Part shown: piece by piece, positions 46,784 to 56,378 of the stretch
How positions within the stretch are numbered: the stretch's first letter is position 1
How the letters are laid out: every line of letters starts with the position of its first letter
Assembly (NCBI GenBank): GCA_044222185.1
Contig: JBGANV010000001.1
Location: 1,152,001 to 1,216,000 of the forward strand
Reading direction: 5' to 3'
Length of the DNA: 64,000 nucleotides
From: Planctomycetota bacterium
GTDB taxonomy: Bacteria > Planctomycetota > GCA-002687715 > CAIWVZ01
Made by a program: the position numbers and the translations under genes
Notes under the pieces: model-generated
Database searches by the model: none
The model's input: only the letters and a program-made list of their open reading frames with translations
Told to the model about the DNA's origin: nothing

Positions 46784-48106
46784 TCACTCGTACTTCTTTT
46801 CGATCTCGCGCTGGAGGTCGCGGAACTCCTTCCAGACGCGCTCGAGATCGTCCTCGTTCAGCGACGGCTGGTGGATCATCGTGTCCGCGGACTCGTACCA
46901 GAAGTCCTGGTTGTCGGCGAGGTAGCCCTCGCGCTGACACACGTCATAAAGCTCGGTGCCAGGCAGCGGCGTGAAGTGGAAGAAGTAGAGCGCGTTCGGA
47001 TCGAGGCGGCGGTTGAGCGCGATCGTCTCGCGAACGAGATCCGGGTTCTCGTACGGCAACCCGATGATGTTCGACGCGACCGTCTCGATCCCGACTTCGC
47101 GGCAGTTGTCGAAGGCCTCGATGATGATGCGGTCGGTCGTCCGCTTCTTGAGATGCTGGCGGCGGTAGTCCTCGTTGCCGGCTTCCACGCCCATGGCGAG
47201 GATCTGGCAGTTCGCCCGCTTCATCATCTTCAAGTTCGAGACGGTGCACGTCTCGGCGCGCACGAAGGCGGTCCACGGAAGCCCGACGTCCTTCGCGTAC
47301 GAATCGCAGAACTCCTCGAGCCAACCGGTGCCGAGGCAGAACATCTCGTCCCAGAACTCGAAGCGCTTGACGCGATAGCGATCCTTCAGCGCCTTCAGTT
47401 CCTCGATGACGTTCGGCACGGAGCGCTTGCGCGTGAATCGCCCCTTGCCGCGGTACATCATCAACCACGACGAATTGGCGCAGAACGTGCACGCGTAAGG
47501 GCAACCGCGCCCGGCATACACGGGCATGATTTCGTTCCCCCACACGAGGGCGAGCTTGCCCACGTCGTTGAGGAGGCGGTCCATGTCGAAGGCGTCACGG
47601 TCCCACATGGGGAGCGTGTCCAGGTCCTCGATGAGCGGGCGCAGCGCATTGCGGTGGATGACGGCCTCGCCGTTCACCATCTCCTTCACCCAGATGTTCT
47701 GGATCTTCCGGAGATCCTCACCCTTCGCCATCTTGTCGCACAGTTCGACGATGGCGAGGTCGCCTTCGCCCTGGCAAATCATGTCGACGGCGTCGTGGCG
47801 GAGCACCATCTCCGGCAGTGACGTCGGGTGGTACCCACCGACGATCACGGGCGTCTCGGGCTTCGCCGCCTTCACCCATCGGCTTCGCTCAGCGACCGGC
47901 TGCCACTGGAACGACATGCAGGTGAAGCCGAAGACGTCCGGCTTGTAGTCGTCCAGGTGACGCGCGTAGTCGGCCGGCGTCATCGTGTTGTCGTCGACGA
48001 TGACGCGGCAGTCGTGACCGGACTTCTTGAGGATCGCCGACATGGCGGCGATGCCTGGGTGGAACTCTCGGTCTCCACGCGACCAGTGAACCAATGTCAC
48101 CTTCAT
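46784..48106 (-). CDS. cobalamin-binding radical SAM enzyme (class B methyltransferase-like)
   Basis: KPDVFGFT, IVGGYHPT, GEGD, GRGCPYACTFC, FWDE, GVEAG, IIGLPYE, TPLPGTEL; ATG 48106. Confidence 0.93.
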   Translation of the reverse strand: MKVTLVHWSRGDREFHPGIAAMSAILKKSGHDCRVIVDDNTMTPADYARHLDDYKPDVFGFTCMSFQWQPVAERSRWVKAAKPETPVIVGGYHPTSLPEMVLRHDAVDMICQGEGDLAIVELCDKMAKGEDLRKIQNIWVKEMVNGEAVIHRNALRPLIEDLDTLPMWDRDAFDMDRLLNDVGKLALVWGNEIMPVYAGRGCPYACTFCANSSWLMMYRGKGRFTRKRSVPNVIEELKALKDRYRVKRFEFWDEMFCLGTGWLEEFCDSYAKDVGLPWTAFVRAETCTVSNLKMMKRANCQILAMGVEAGNEDYRRQHLKKRTTDRIIIEAFDNCREVGIETVASNIIGLPYENPDLVRETIALNRRLDPNALYFFHFTPLPGTELYDVCQREGYLADNQDFWYESADTMIHQPSLNEDDLERVWKEFRDLQREIEKKYE

Positions 48107-48331
48107 GGCGGGTTGCGACCTCCGAATCGGATGTTCTGTTTGCGTCGTGGCAACCGTCCCCGGTGCTGGACCGCGATCACATGCAACCGAGACTCGATCG
48201 CGCGGACAGGGTTTGATCCACGCTTCCACGAACGAATGGCGCCGCAGTATATCGTCACCGTTCGGATGTTCGCCAGAGGGCAATCGATGGCTGGCAAAAA
48301 ACTTACAGAATCAGCACTGAGGCAGTACCCA

Positions 48332-49558
48332 TTACTCGTCCTCGGGCCTCGCGAATGGTTCGGTCGTGGAGTCGAACTTCGCCGCTTCCTCCGCGCCCGC
48401 GACGGTTTCGAGCAGATCTGAAAGCCCGTCGATGACCGCCTGGAGCGACTTCGGCCGGCCATCCAGCCCCACCGTCACCCGGATCAGCCCTCGTTCGTCC
48501 GGGAAGTAGTGCCTCTCGAAATCGCACCCCGCGCGGCCGAGCCAGACCTCCTGCCCGGGGCGGGCTTCATGTTCCTCATCGAGCGCCTTCGGGGGCGTCA
48601 ACGTGACACGAAGGGCGGCAAAACGCGCCGGGTCGATCGGGTAATGCCTCAGGTCATAGTTGCCGACGACGAGTTCGCCCTTCGCCGTGACCCGAAGAAA
48701 GATGTCACCGCGGCGGCACGACCGGACCTCGAGGCCGAAAAGCACGGCCTCTGCGTCGGCCTGCGAATCGGAGGCGCGACTCGTCGGTCGGGACTCGGTC
48801 CCCACGAGTGCACCCACCCGGGCGCCGACGGCCTCGAGCGCACTCTCCTGACGCCGTGGCGCAAGACCGGGGTCGTAGCCGGTGTCGTTGCCCACGAGCG
48901 GTTGGAGGGTCAGCCAGGCGCGTCGTCGAGCCAGTTCCCCGAAATCGATCGCGAAGAAGCGCCGCTCTGCCGCCAGCGCATGCGCCAGCGTCCAGAGCCC
49001 TGAGCGGTCGCCGCAGCGCAGCAGGGCCTCCGCTGCCGCGAGCCGTGGCTCGAACGCCACGTCGTCGAGGTGCCTGCGGAGAATCCCGACGACCGCGTCC
49101 CGGTCGCTCGCGTGCTCCGACGCGCACCGCGCGAGCCCGTCCATGCACGCTTCGCGCACGGCGGGCAGCGCGTCATCTCCCAAGGACCGCCAGAACCCCA
49201 GGTCACCCCCGCCCGACCTGCGGGCGAGCGACTTCGTCGCGATCGGTCTCCAGGGGAACGCCGGATCCCGAACGGCGTCGATCAGGACCCGATCCGCGTC
49301 CTGATTCGGTGGCAGGTCTCCAAGCCACGCCACGAACAACGGTGAGAGGGCATATCGGCTGCGGCGCTCGATGAAGCCTTGGAGTTCCGGGAGCGCTGCG
49401 AGCCCAACGTTCGCAAGCGCCTTCACACCTTGTGCCGCGATGTAGGGGCTGGCGTTGTTGGCGCGCTCGATGATCTTCTCGAGCGACGGCTTCGACTCCT
49501 GCGCCGCCGCGAGGCCGACGAGCCATGCGGCGCAGAGCGTCGCAGCCCGCAGTCTCAT
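48332..49558 (-). CDS. exported HEAT-repeat protein
   Basis: Signal peptide ending LAAA-Q; HEAT-like repeats (VREACMDGLAR, PRLAAAEALLRCGD); C-terminal domain with SCRRG and GCDF. ATG overlaps the DUF3299 stop. Confidence 0.7.
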   Translation of the reverse strand: MRLRAATLCAAWLVGLAAAQESKPSLEKIIERANNASPYIAAQGVKALANVGLAALPELQGFIERRSRYALSPLFVAWLGDLPPNQDADRVLIDAVRDPAFPWRPIATKSLARRSGGGDLGFWRSLGDDALPAVREACMDGLARCASEHASDRDAVVGILRRHLDDVAFEPRLAAAEALLRCGDRSGLWTLAHALAAERRFFAIDFGELARRRAWLTLQPLVGNDTGYDPGLAPRRQESALEAVGARVGALVGTESRPTSRASDSQADAEAVLFGLEVRSCRRGDIFLRVTAKGELVVGNYDLRHYPIDPARFAALRVTLTPPKALDEEHEARPGQEVWLGRAGCDFERHYFPDERGLIRVTVGLDGRPKSLQAVIDGLSDLLETVAGAEEAAKFDSTTEPFARPEDE

Positions 49559-50466
49559 TCGGCGATCTTCACCGACGTGGCCCTCAAGCGGTAGACGCTC
49601 GTGACGAACCCGTCCTCGACTTTCTCGCCGACCTCGAGCGTCCCCAGGATGACGACGGGAGACCCCGTGAAGTCGATCCCTTTCGTTCCCTCGAGGTGCA
49701 CGAGCAACACCTGGTTCACGTTCGGCGGCGTTCCGAAGCAGCACGACCACAACGACTCGACGAGGAGGAACTCGTGAATGTTCTCGACCTCCTCGAGCGT
49801 CATCATGTAGCCGGCGACCCCGATCTTCGCCCCGTTCAGGCGGGTGACGGATTCGGGGAGCTTCATCCCCTCCGTGTAGTCGAATCCGCCGAGCGTCTTC
49901 CACGCCACGGCTTCGTAGCCATCCGGCACCTTCACGGTGGGCGCGGCCCGCATGAAGCCCGTGTGCGTCGATCCGCCCGCTGCCGGTTGCGCCGCGGCCA
50001 GTGGAAGGCGCTTGTAGATGTCGCGCGCGAGGTTCTCCGCGACCATTCCGGCACGGCGGTCCTCGTCCTGAGTCAAGGGTTTATCCGCCGGTCGCGGAGT
50101 CTTCGGACGAAAATCGATCTGCACCTGGAGCAGGGTCTGCGCGACGCTCGCGGCCTCGTTCTTTCGCCGCGCGTCGTCCGCGAGGTTGGTGCGTTCCAGG
50201 ATGGAGGTGATGCGGTCGACGAGCACCGACTTCTCCGCCGGGTCGAAGCCCTTCTGAATCAGCTCCCGAGCGATCGTTCGCATTCCCTCGAGGAGCGGAT
50301 CGCGTGCGCCGTCCGGAATGTCGTTGAATCTGGGCCGAGAGTCGGCGACGGGTCGGCTGTCCGTCGGTCTCGATTCAGGCGACGCCGCGGGCTGCGGCGA
50401 TTGGGCCACGACTCCGCCGACGACCATTGCGGTGGCGAGGAACAGGAGGCTTCGAGCGTGATTCAT
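49555..50466 (-). CDS. exported DUF3299 domain protein with N-terminal extension
   Basis: LNGAKIGVAGYM, EFLLV, SCCFGTPPNVNQ, GTLEVG, SVYRL. Confidence 0.85.
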   Translation of the reverse strand: MNHARSLLFLATAMVVGGVVAQSPQPAASPESRPTDSRPVADSRPRFNDIPDGARDPLLEGMRTIARELIQKGFDPAEKSVLVDRITSILERTNLADDARRKNEAASVAQTLLQVQIDFRPKTPRPADKPLTQDEDRRAGMVAENLARDIYKRLPLAAAQPAAGGSTHTGFMRAAPTVKVPDGYEAVAWKTLGGFDYTEGMKLPESVTRLNGAKIGVAGYMMTLEEVENIHEFLLVESLWSCCFGTPPNVNQVLLVHLEGTKGIDFTGSPVVILGTLEVGEKVEDGFVTSVYRLRATSVKIAE

Positions 50467-50476
50467 GGCGATGCCT

Positions 50477-51838
50477 TCAGGACGACGGCGCGAGGTTCGT
50501 GGCGACGTCGGTCCGGTAACCCTTGATCGCCGGTAGGAGCCCGGCGAGGGCTCCCACGACGGCGACGCCGAACAGAATGACAGATTCCGTGGACACGAAC
50601 CACGGGAGGGGGTGCTCGGCGCCCGGGGGAAACGGCGTTGCCCACCCTGCGTCCGGGGTGAATCCGCTACGCGCAGCGACCAGATCTCGCATCCAGATCA
50701 ACAGGACGCGCGACAGGAAGATGCCCCCTACGCACCCGAGGATGCTGATGAGGGTTGCCTCCCCAACGATCTGGGCGACCACCGTGCGACGCCCGGCGCC
50801 GATGGCCCGCAGGATGGCGATCTCCCGCCTCCGCTCGTTCATCGTGTTGTAAAGCGCCACGGCCACCGAGCTGACGCCCACGATCACGACGAGCACGGCG
50901 ACGAAGAGGAAGAGGCTATAGGTGTCGCCGACGGTGTCGAGGAGCTTGCGGATCTCCTCCGACGGATTCGCCACCTGGATGTCGGTGCGCTTCTTGAGCC
51001 GCCCGAGCAGCACGCCCTTCCAGACGCCACCCTGCGGATACACGATCGTGGCGGACAGGCCGGCCTCGCCCGTTTCCGACAGACGCGCCCCCTTCTGATG
51101 CTCGGGGATCTCATAGAACGAGTCCAGGTTGATGAACACCACGCGATCGAGGGTGGTCCCCGTCGGCTCGAGGATGCCGACGAGGTCCCACAGGTGCTCG
51201 TGCTCGTGCTGTTTCCCACCCTCGACGCCATGCGTCGGCTCGATCTTGTCGCCGACCTTCAGTCCGAGAGCGCGGGCGACGTCGCTGCCGATGACCGCCT
51301 CGGCCGGAGGCTCGTGATCGTGGCCGTGGCCGTGATCGTCGTCAGCTGGCGCCGACGCGGGACGCAACGACTCGACCTCCTCGATGGCATGTTCCAGCCG
51401 GTGTGCGTCGAAGGCGAACGGTCGGCCCTCGCGGACGCGGAGCGGGCGATCGGGCAACGGGCGAAACACGTCGTTGAAGATCGCGTCCGTCGTGCCGATC
51501 ACGCGATAGCCGCGGAAGGAATCGCCGACGGCGTAGGGGATCGCGAGCTTGACCGCCTTCTCCCCCATCAACTCCGTGTAGACGCGAAACGGCATGTTCC
51601 CGGGGCTCGTTCCCAGGTGGTAGACGGTGTTCAAGACGAGGTCGAGCCCGCTCCCCTTCGGGCTGCCGAGGACGATCGGGAACCCACTACCCTGGTTTCG
51701 ATAGTTCACCGAGACCTGGTGCGCCAGCGAGAGGATCGCCGCCACGAGCATGACACCGAGCGCGACGTTCAGCGCCGTCATGGTCGTGCTGATCTTCCTC
51801 AGCCCGAGGCTCCGCAGGATCCGCTGCCACAGGCTCAT
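50477..51838 (-). CDS. ABC transporter permease, MacB/FtsX family, with His-rich periplasmic loops
   Basis: GSPKGSGLDLVLNTVYH, VGDSFRGYRVIGT, DDDHGHGHDHE, HGVEGGKQHEHEH, ERRREIAILRAIGA. Confidence 0.9.
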   Translation of the reverse strand: MSLWQRILRSLGLRKISTTMTALNVALGVMLVAAILSLAHQVSVNYRNQGSGFPIVLGSPKGSGLDLVLNTVYHLGTSPGNMPFRVYTELMGEKAVKLAIPYAVGDSFRGYRVIGTTDAIFNDVFRPLPDRPLRVREGRPFAFDAHRLEHAIEEVESLRPASAPADDDHGHGHDHEPPAEAVIGSDVARALGLKVGDKIEPTHGVEGGKQHEHEHLWDLVGILEPTGTTLDRVVFINLDSFYEIPEHQKGARLSETGEAGLSATIVYPQGGVWKGVLLGRLKKRTDIQVANPSEEIRKLLDTVGDTYSLFLFVAVLVVIVGVSSVAVALYNTMNERRREIAILRAIGAGRRTVVAQIVGEATLISILGCVGGIFLSRVLLIWMRDLVAARSGFTPDAGWATPFPPGAEHPLPWFVSTESVILFGVAVVGALAGLLPAIKGYRTDVATNLAPSS

Positions 51839-52506
51839 GCTGCCGGCTCCAACGTCACGACGCGCTCGAATGCACGCTTCACGCGTTCGTCGTGAGTCAC
51901 GACGATCAACGACGCGCCGTTCTGGCCGGCGACTTCGCGCAGGATGTCCATCGCCGACTGTGCGTTGCGGGGATCGAGACTCGCGGTCGGCTCGTCCGCG
52001 AGAAGAAGCCTCGGGCGGCACGCGATCGCGCGCGCGAGGGCCACGCGCTGTTGTTCGCCGACGGAGAGATTCGCCGGCCTGCGGTGCGTCTTGGCACCCA
52101 GTCCGATGCGTTCGAGAAGCTCGCGGGCGCGCGCCCGGGCATCGCGTACGGACGCCGTCCCGGCCAGCGTCAACGGCAGAGCCACGTTCTCCAACGCCGA
52201 GTAGGGCTGGAGCAGGTTGAACACCTGAAAGAGGTACCCGATGTTGCGCGCCCGGAATCGATCCCGCCCGGATTCACTCATCGTGCCTAAATCGGTTCCG
52301 CAGACCTTCACGTCCCCCGAATCCGGGACGACGATCCCTGCGATCACGTTGAGTAGGGTCGTCTTCCCCGTTCCCGAACCACCGACGACGCACACGTGTT
52401 CACCCTCGGAGACCGACAGCGAGTCGACGCGCAGCGCCGTGGCACTCACACCGTCCGTCGACGGATAGGTCTTCCGAACGTTCGCGAGTTCGACGGTCAA
52501 TGCCAT
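51835..52506 (-). CDS. ABC transporter ATP-binding protein (LolD/MacB-like)
   Basis: GGSGTGKTT, LSVGEQQRVALARA, LADEPTASLD, VTHD. Confidence 0.95.
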   Translation of the reverse strand: MALTVELANVRKTYPSTDGVSATALRVDSLSVSEGEHVCVVGGSGTGKTTLLNVIAGIVVPDSGDVKVCGTDLGTMSESGRDRFRARNIGYLFQVFNLLQPYSALENVALPLTLAGTASVRDARARARELLERIGLGAKTHRRPANLSVGEQQRVALARAIACRPRLLLADEPTASLDPRNAQSAMDILREVAGQNGASLIVVTHDERVKRAFERVVTLEPAA

Positions 52507-52512
52507 GGAGCG

Positions 52513-53535
52513 TCAGACGACGTCGAAGTCGCCCAAGGTGATGAACCAGTTCTTCGCCAGCCGGTCGAGCGGAACGACGGCCGCATCGTAGGTTCTTCCG
52601 ACGAAACGGAACGGTGTGGGTCGCGGATCATATCCGACCTCGGCGCAGTGCATCCATTCGTCCGATCCCGGACGGAAGACGAACCGCACCTCGTCTGCAC
52701 CCTTGGAACGGCCGAGATGGGGAACGACCTCCGGAATCATCTTCGTCAGGGGGTGTCGGCGGTCGACCACCCATTCGACGACCACAGTCACCTGCCTGCC
52801 CAGCTCCTGTGGGAGCCACTGATCCTTCAAGACGAAGATCCCCACGAGAGCGCCGAGGCCATCCCTGAGAGCGAACTTCCGATACGTGGTCTTCGGCTTT
52901 CGCAGGTACCGCCAGGTCAGGTACCGGCGGTCACGGATCACGGCGATGTCGTACTCGGCAGAAACCCGCCGCCAGAGCGCATCGGTGTCGTCGGGAAACT
53001 CGTCGATCTCGTCGAGCCTTCCCCCATCCAACGGGCGGACGGACGGCAGCGCGGCGTCGCCGCCCACGTCCTTCCCGAGCGACTCCATCTGATAGAAGGG
53101 CGAGTAGCCGAGAAGGCGGCTGCCGATGCGGAACGCCGGCGGATTCGGAAGCCCGTACATCACCGTCTCGCGATCGGGGCGGCCGAAATGATCGACGTAC
53201 CGATAGACGGTCGTGGCGAAGAGCCCCGGCTTCTTGAGACCCTGTCGAAAGTCCGGGTCACTGAGCGAGTCCACGATCTCGGCGAACTCCCGTGTCTCGT
53301 TCCCGACCTTCATCAGGCGCGGAATCCCCGTGAACTGGGAGACGACCTGCCCGTTCCCGAGGACACCGAGGAAGCAGTGGATGCCGCGCGGGCAGTCGCG
53401 GAATTCCCAGTTCCATTCCTCGAGCGAGCGGTTGGCCCAGGGAAACACCTTGTGGAATGCGCGGAGGATCTCCGTCTCGTCGCCGGGGCGGTACTCGCGG
53501 ATTTCCACGTCGGTCGGCGGAAGTTCGTCAGACAT
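52513..53535 (-). CDS. GNAT-fold N-acyltransferase
   Basis: IREYRPGDE, W-x-W, DSLSDPDFRQG...GLF, YGLPN, RDRRYLTWRY, GDFDV C-terminus. Confidence 0.8.
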   Translation of the reverse strand: MSDELPPTDVEIREYRPGDETEILRAFHKVFPWANRSLEEWNWEFRDCPRGIHCFLGVLGNGQVVSQFTGIPRLMKVGNETREFAEIVDSLSDPDFRQGLKKPGLFATTVYRYVDHFGRPDRETVMYGLPNPPAFRIGSRLLGYSPFYQMESLGKDVGGDAALPSVRPLDGGRLDEIDEFPDDTDALWRRVSAEYDIAVIRDRRYLTWRYLRKPKTTYRKFALRDGLGALVGIFVLKDQWLPQELGRQVTVVVEWVVDRRHPLTKMIPEVVPHLGRSKGADEVRFVFRPGSDEWMHCAEVGYDPRPTPFRFVGRTYDAAVVPLDRLAKNWFITLGDFDVV

Positions 53536-53547
53536 CGAAGCCTCGAA

Positions 53548-54681
53548 TCAGGCGGGAGCCCCCTTCGTCACGCACCATGCATCGACCGTGTCGAACGTTC
53601 GGGGATCTACGGTACGCATCCAATACCGGTTCGGGCCGAGCTGATCGAAGAAGCTCCGCGGAATCGGGTAGGGGCCCGGGCTGCTTGGGAAGAGCCCGAC
53701 CGCCAGCGTGAACTGCGGATTTCCGGCGACCTCCACGTAGGCGCCTTCGCAGGGCGGCACGCGCAGGACGGGAGGTTCGAGCGTGGGCCCCACGTCCGTC
53801 ATGGGCCAGGGCGAGAGGTGGTCCCGCTTCATGGCGTCCGCCCTCGATCTCGCGACCTCCTGCACGCGAAGTCCCGGAGCCCCGAACCAGCGGGTGAAGT
53901 AACGCTTCAGGGAAACGTCGTGCCGATACATCGCGGCCTTCATCCGGGTGATCGCCGAGCGTGAAAAGAAGTGCGCCACGCGCGCGTCCGGCACGTGGAT
54001 CAGCCGCATCCCCCGCTCGCGGAAGCGGCGGAAGAGGTCCGTGTCCTCGTAGTAGAGCGGGTAGGCACCGTCGAAGAGGCCGAGGTCCAGGAAGTCGCTC
54101 CTCCGGCCCAGGAAACAACCGCCAGAGAGCATTTCCACGTCCACAGGGCGAGTCGCCGTCCAATAGCGATGAGCGAACGCCGCACGCCGTCGCGCGTTGA
54201 ACGTCGCCGCTCCCGCGGACATCCGTGCCAGTTGCTGCAGCGTTTCGCGGTAGGGATCGGGCAACTCGTTCGGCGGAAGCAGGACGAGCCCCTCCTCGTC
54301 CATCGTGGCGAGGGGTCCGACGATCCCGGCGCCGGGTGTGGACTCGAGGACTTCGATCAGGCGGGACACGCATCCGGGAATGATCCGCACGTCGGGGTTG
54401 ACCACGAGGTGCCATCGGCCGGAGCACACGCGGAACCCCTGGTTGTTCGCCAGTGCGTACCCCACGTTCTCCGTGTTGCGTACGAGGTCGACGTTGGCCG
54501 ACACGAGCGGCAGGAGCTGCGTCACGTCCTCTCCCCGCGATGCATTGTCCACGACGACGACCTCGATCGTCCCCGGGCGGCCATCGACCATGAAGCGTTC
54601 CGCGAGCAGGCTCTCGACGGCCCCGAGCGTGAAGTGCGCGCTCTGGAAATTCACGATCACCGCGGAGACGTCGGGTTTCAC
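53548..54681 (-). CDS. GT2 glycosyltransferase with C-terminal extension
   Basis: AVIVNF, VDNAS, ENVGYALANN, VNPDV, LYYEDTDL; GTG overlaps the upstream stop. Confidence 0.9.
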   Translation of the reverse strand: MKPDVSAVIVNFQSAHFTLGAVESLLAERFMVDGRPGTIEVVVVDNASRGEDVTQLLPLVSANVDLVRNTENVGYALANNQGFRVCSGRWHLVVNPDVRIIPGCVSRLIEVLESTPGAGIVGPLATMDEEGLVLLPPNELPDPYRETLQQLARMSAGAATFNARRRAAFAHRYWTATRPVDVEMLSGGCFLGRRSDFLDLGLFDGAYPLYYEDTDLFRRFRERGMRLIHVPDARVAHFFSRSAITRMKAAMYRHDVSLKRYFTRWFGAPGLRVQEVARSRADAMKRDHLSPWPMTDVGPTLEPPVLRVPPCEGAYVEVAGNPQFTLAVGLFPSSPGPYPIPRSFFDQLGPNRYWMRTVDPRTFDTVDAWCVTKGAPA

Positions 54682-56378
54682 TTCGAGCCCTCGGCGGGCG
54701 GCCGGCCACGCTGAAGGGCCAGGAGCTGTTCGAACAGCCGCGCCTCGCGAGCATAGGCTCCGACGAGTTCGCGATAGAGCTCGAGCGGGGCGAGCCGCAT
54801 CTCCGCCTGCGCACCCGTGATCACGCTCCGCCCGCTCGGTGGCGCATGCGGCGAGTCGACGGTGACGACGGGCACGTGCACCACACGCTGCGTGGCGACG
54901 AGACGGGTCAGCCACCGTTTGATGGGCTCGTCCGTGTTCGGCTCCGGTGCGCCCATGCGCAGGAGAGTCGCGGAGTGAAAGAGCATCGTCGAGAGCGAGA
55001 ACGCGGAGCTGACGGGGTTTCCCGGAACGAGGTCGGGGCCGACCACCCCCGAGCCGTCCAGCAGCATCCGGTCGCCGTGGACCGCGTCGGCCCCGGAGGC
55101 CAGGAGCGACGCGACGAGACGGTCGACGTGGTGGCACTCGAGCCGGTCGCCGGCGACGACTGCGCCGATGACGTTCCCTCGGCAGTTCACGAATCCCGTT
55201 GCGAGCATGTCGACCGGGGAAGTCCCGTGCGGGGCTCGCAGGATCACGAGGCGCTCGATCTGCCGCAGGTCCCCCAAGGCCCACTCGAGAGCGGCGTCAT
55301 CGAGCGTCGAGACGACGACGACGTGAACGTCCGGATAATCCTGCGTGAGTGCCGACTCCACGGTCGTCCGCAGCCCCTCGATGCCCTGCGCGACGACCGC
55401 GAGAGACACGCGTGGTCGATCCGACCGCTCGTCGATCGGTCCCAGGTCTGCCGGCAACTGCCCTGGCACCGGGAACTGGCGCACGTCGACCGGTTCGCCG
55501 CGCATGGCCCGATCCACGAGCCGTCGCAGCGCCGTCGCGGCCCGATCCTTCAGGTCGCCGAGCGTCGCGAGCGCATCGTCGAACTGGAGCAATCGCGCCT
55601 GGTAGACGGCGAGGAGGACGCGAGGTTCAGGCCGATCGGGCATGAAACGAACGGCAAGATGCGCATCCGGGTAGGCGAACGTCAGCTCGGCCCCGCGCAT
55701 GAGGCAATTCCGGGCGAACGAGTAGTGACTTCGCGCCGCGTGCGCCGGGTCGTCGTAGTCGAACACGGGACCCGCCACGGGCTCGACCCGAACGGATAGC
55801 CCGTCGGAGAAGAGCACCTGGTGATTCTGGACGTTCCGGAACGTGGCGTCTGCGCGAAGGCGGAGATCCGCGTCTTGGAACAACGCTCCGTAGAAGAGAT
55901 TGTCGAACGGATGCTCGATGAACCGCCTGCGGTGGAACACGAGCGTGTCACCCTCCCGATCGACGATCCAGCGGTGCGTCGGGTTGCCATTCAACATCTC
56001 GCCGACGCGCGAAGGAACCTCGACGAGCCCGCGCCGGGCTACGCGCGAAAGTTCCGCCGCCGCCGCCAGCGGGTCCGGCACGTGCTCGAGGACCTGCCGG
56101 CAGACGACGAAGTCGAATTCCTTGTCGCGGAACGGCAGCCTGTCGATCGGCGCCTCGCAGTAGGTGACCCCGCGCTGAAAGACCCCGGGCGATCCGTTTC
56201 GCTGCGATGTTTCGCCGAACGTCAGGTCGCACACGACGTCGGCCCGCGGGAACGTGTTCGAAGCTCCACCTACGTCGAGGACCCGGTCGCCGTCGCGGAT
56301 TCCGAGGGCGCGGGTCATGGCCGAGATGTCGTCGAAGGCCAGATTGGGGCCGAAGCCGTTCTCCGGCCACGCGCTCAC
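54678..56378 (-). CDS. class I SAM methyltransferase fused to a TPR-like helix and a degenerate GT2 domain
   Basis: VLDVGGA, LPFRDKEFDFVVCRQVLEHVPDP, HRW; GT2-like C-domain (SALTQDYPD) with GAVVAGD where xLDxDD is expected. Confidence 0.8.
   Translation of the reverse strand: MSAWPENGFGPNLAFDDISAMTRALGIRDGDRVLDVGGASNTFPRADVVCDLTFGETSQRNGSPGVFQRGVTYCEAPIDRLPFRDKEFDFVVCRQVLEHVPDPLAAAAELSRVARRGLVEVPSRVGEMLNGNPTHRWIVDREGDTLVFHRRRFIEHPFDNLFYGALFQDADLRLRADATFRNVQNHQVLFSDGLSVRVEPVAGPVFDYDDPAHAARSHYSFARNCLMRGAELTFAYPDAHLAVRFMPDRPEPRVLLAVYQARLLQFDDALATLGDLKDRAATALRRLVDRAMRGEPVDVRQFPVPGQLPADLGPIDERSDRPRVSLAVVAQGIEGLRTTVESALTQDYPDVHVVVVSTLDDAALEWALGDLRQIERLVILRAPHGTSPVDMLATGFVNCRGNVIGAVVAGDRLECHHVDRLVASLLASGADAVHGDRMLLDGSGVVGPDLVPGNPVSSAFSLSTMLFHSATLLRMGAPEPNTDEPIKRWLTRLVATQRVVHVPVVTVDSPHAPPSGRSVITGAQAEMRLAPLELYRELVGAYAREARLFEQLLALQRGRPPAEGSK

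Noticed and set aside
48292-48306. TGGCAAAAAACTTAC as a sigma54 promoter
   Set aside because: The -12 element is TTAC rather than TTGC, and it points away from the neighbouring minus-strand genes.
46467-48331. Cobalamin riboswitch flanking the B12 radical SAM gene
   Set aside because: No recognisable B12-box or conserved core in either intergenic region by eye; an Rfam scan would settle it.
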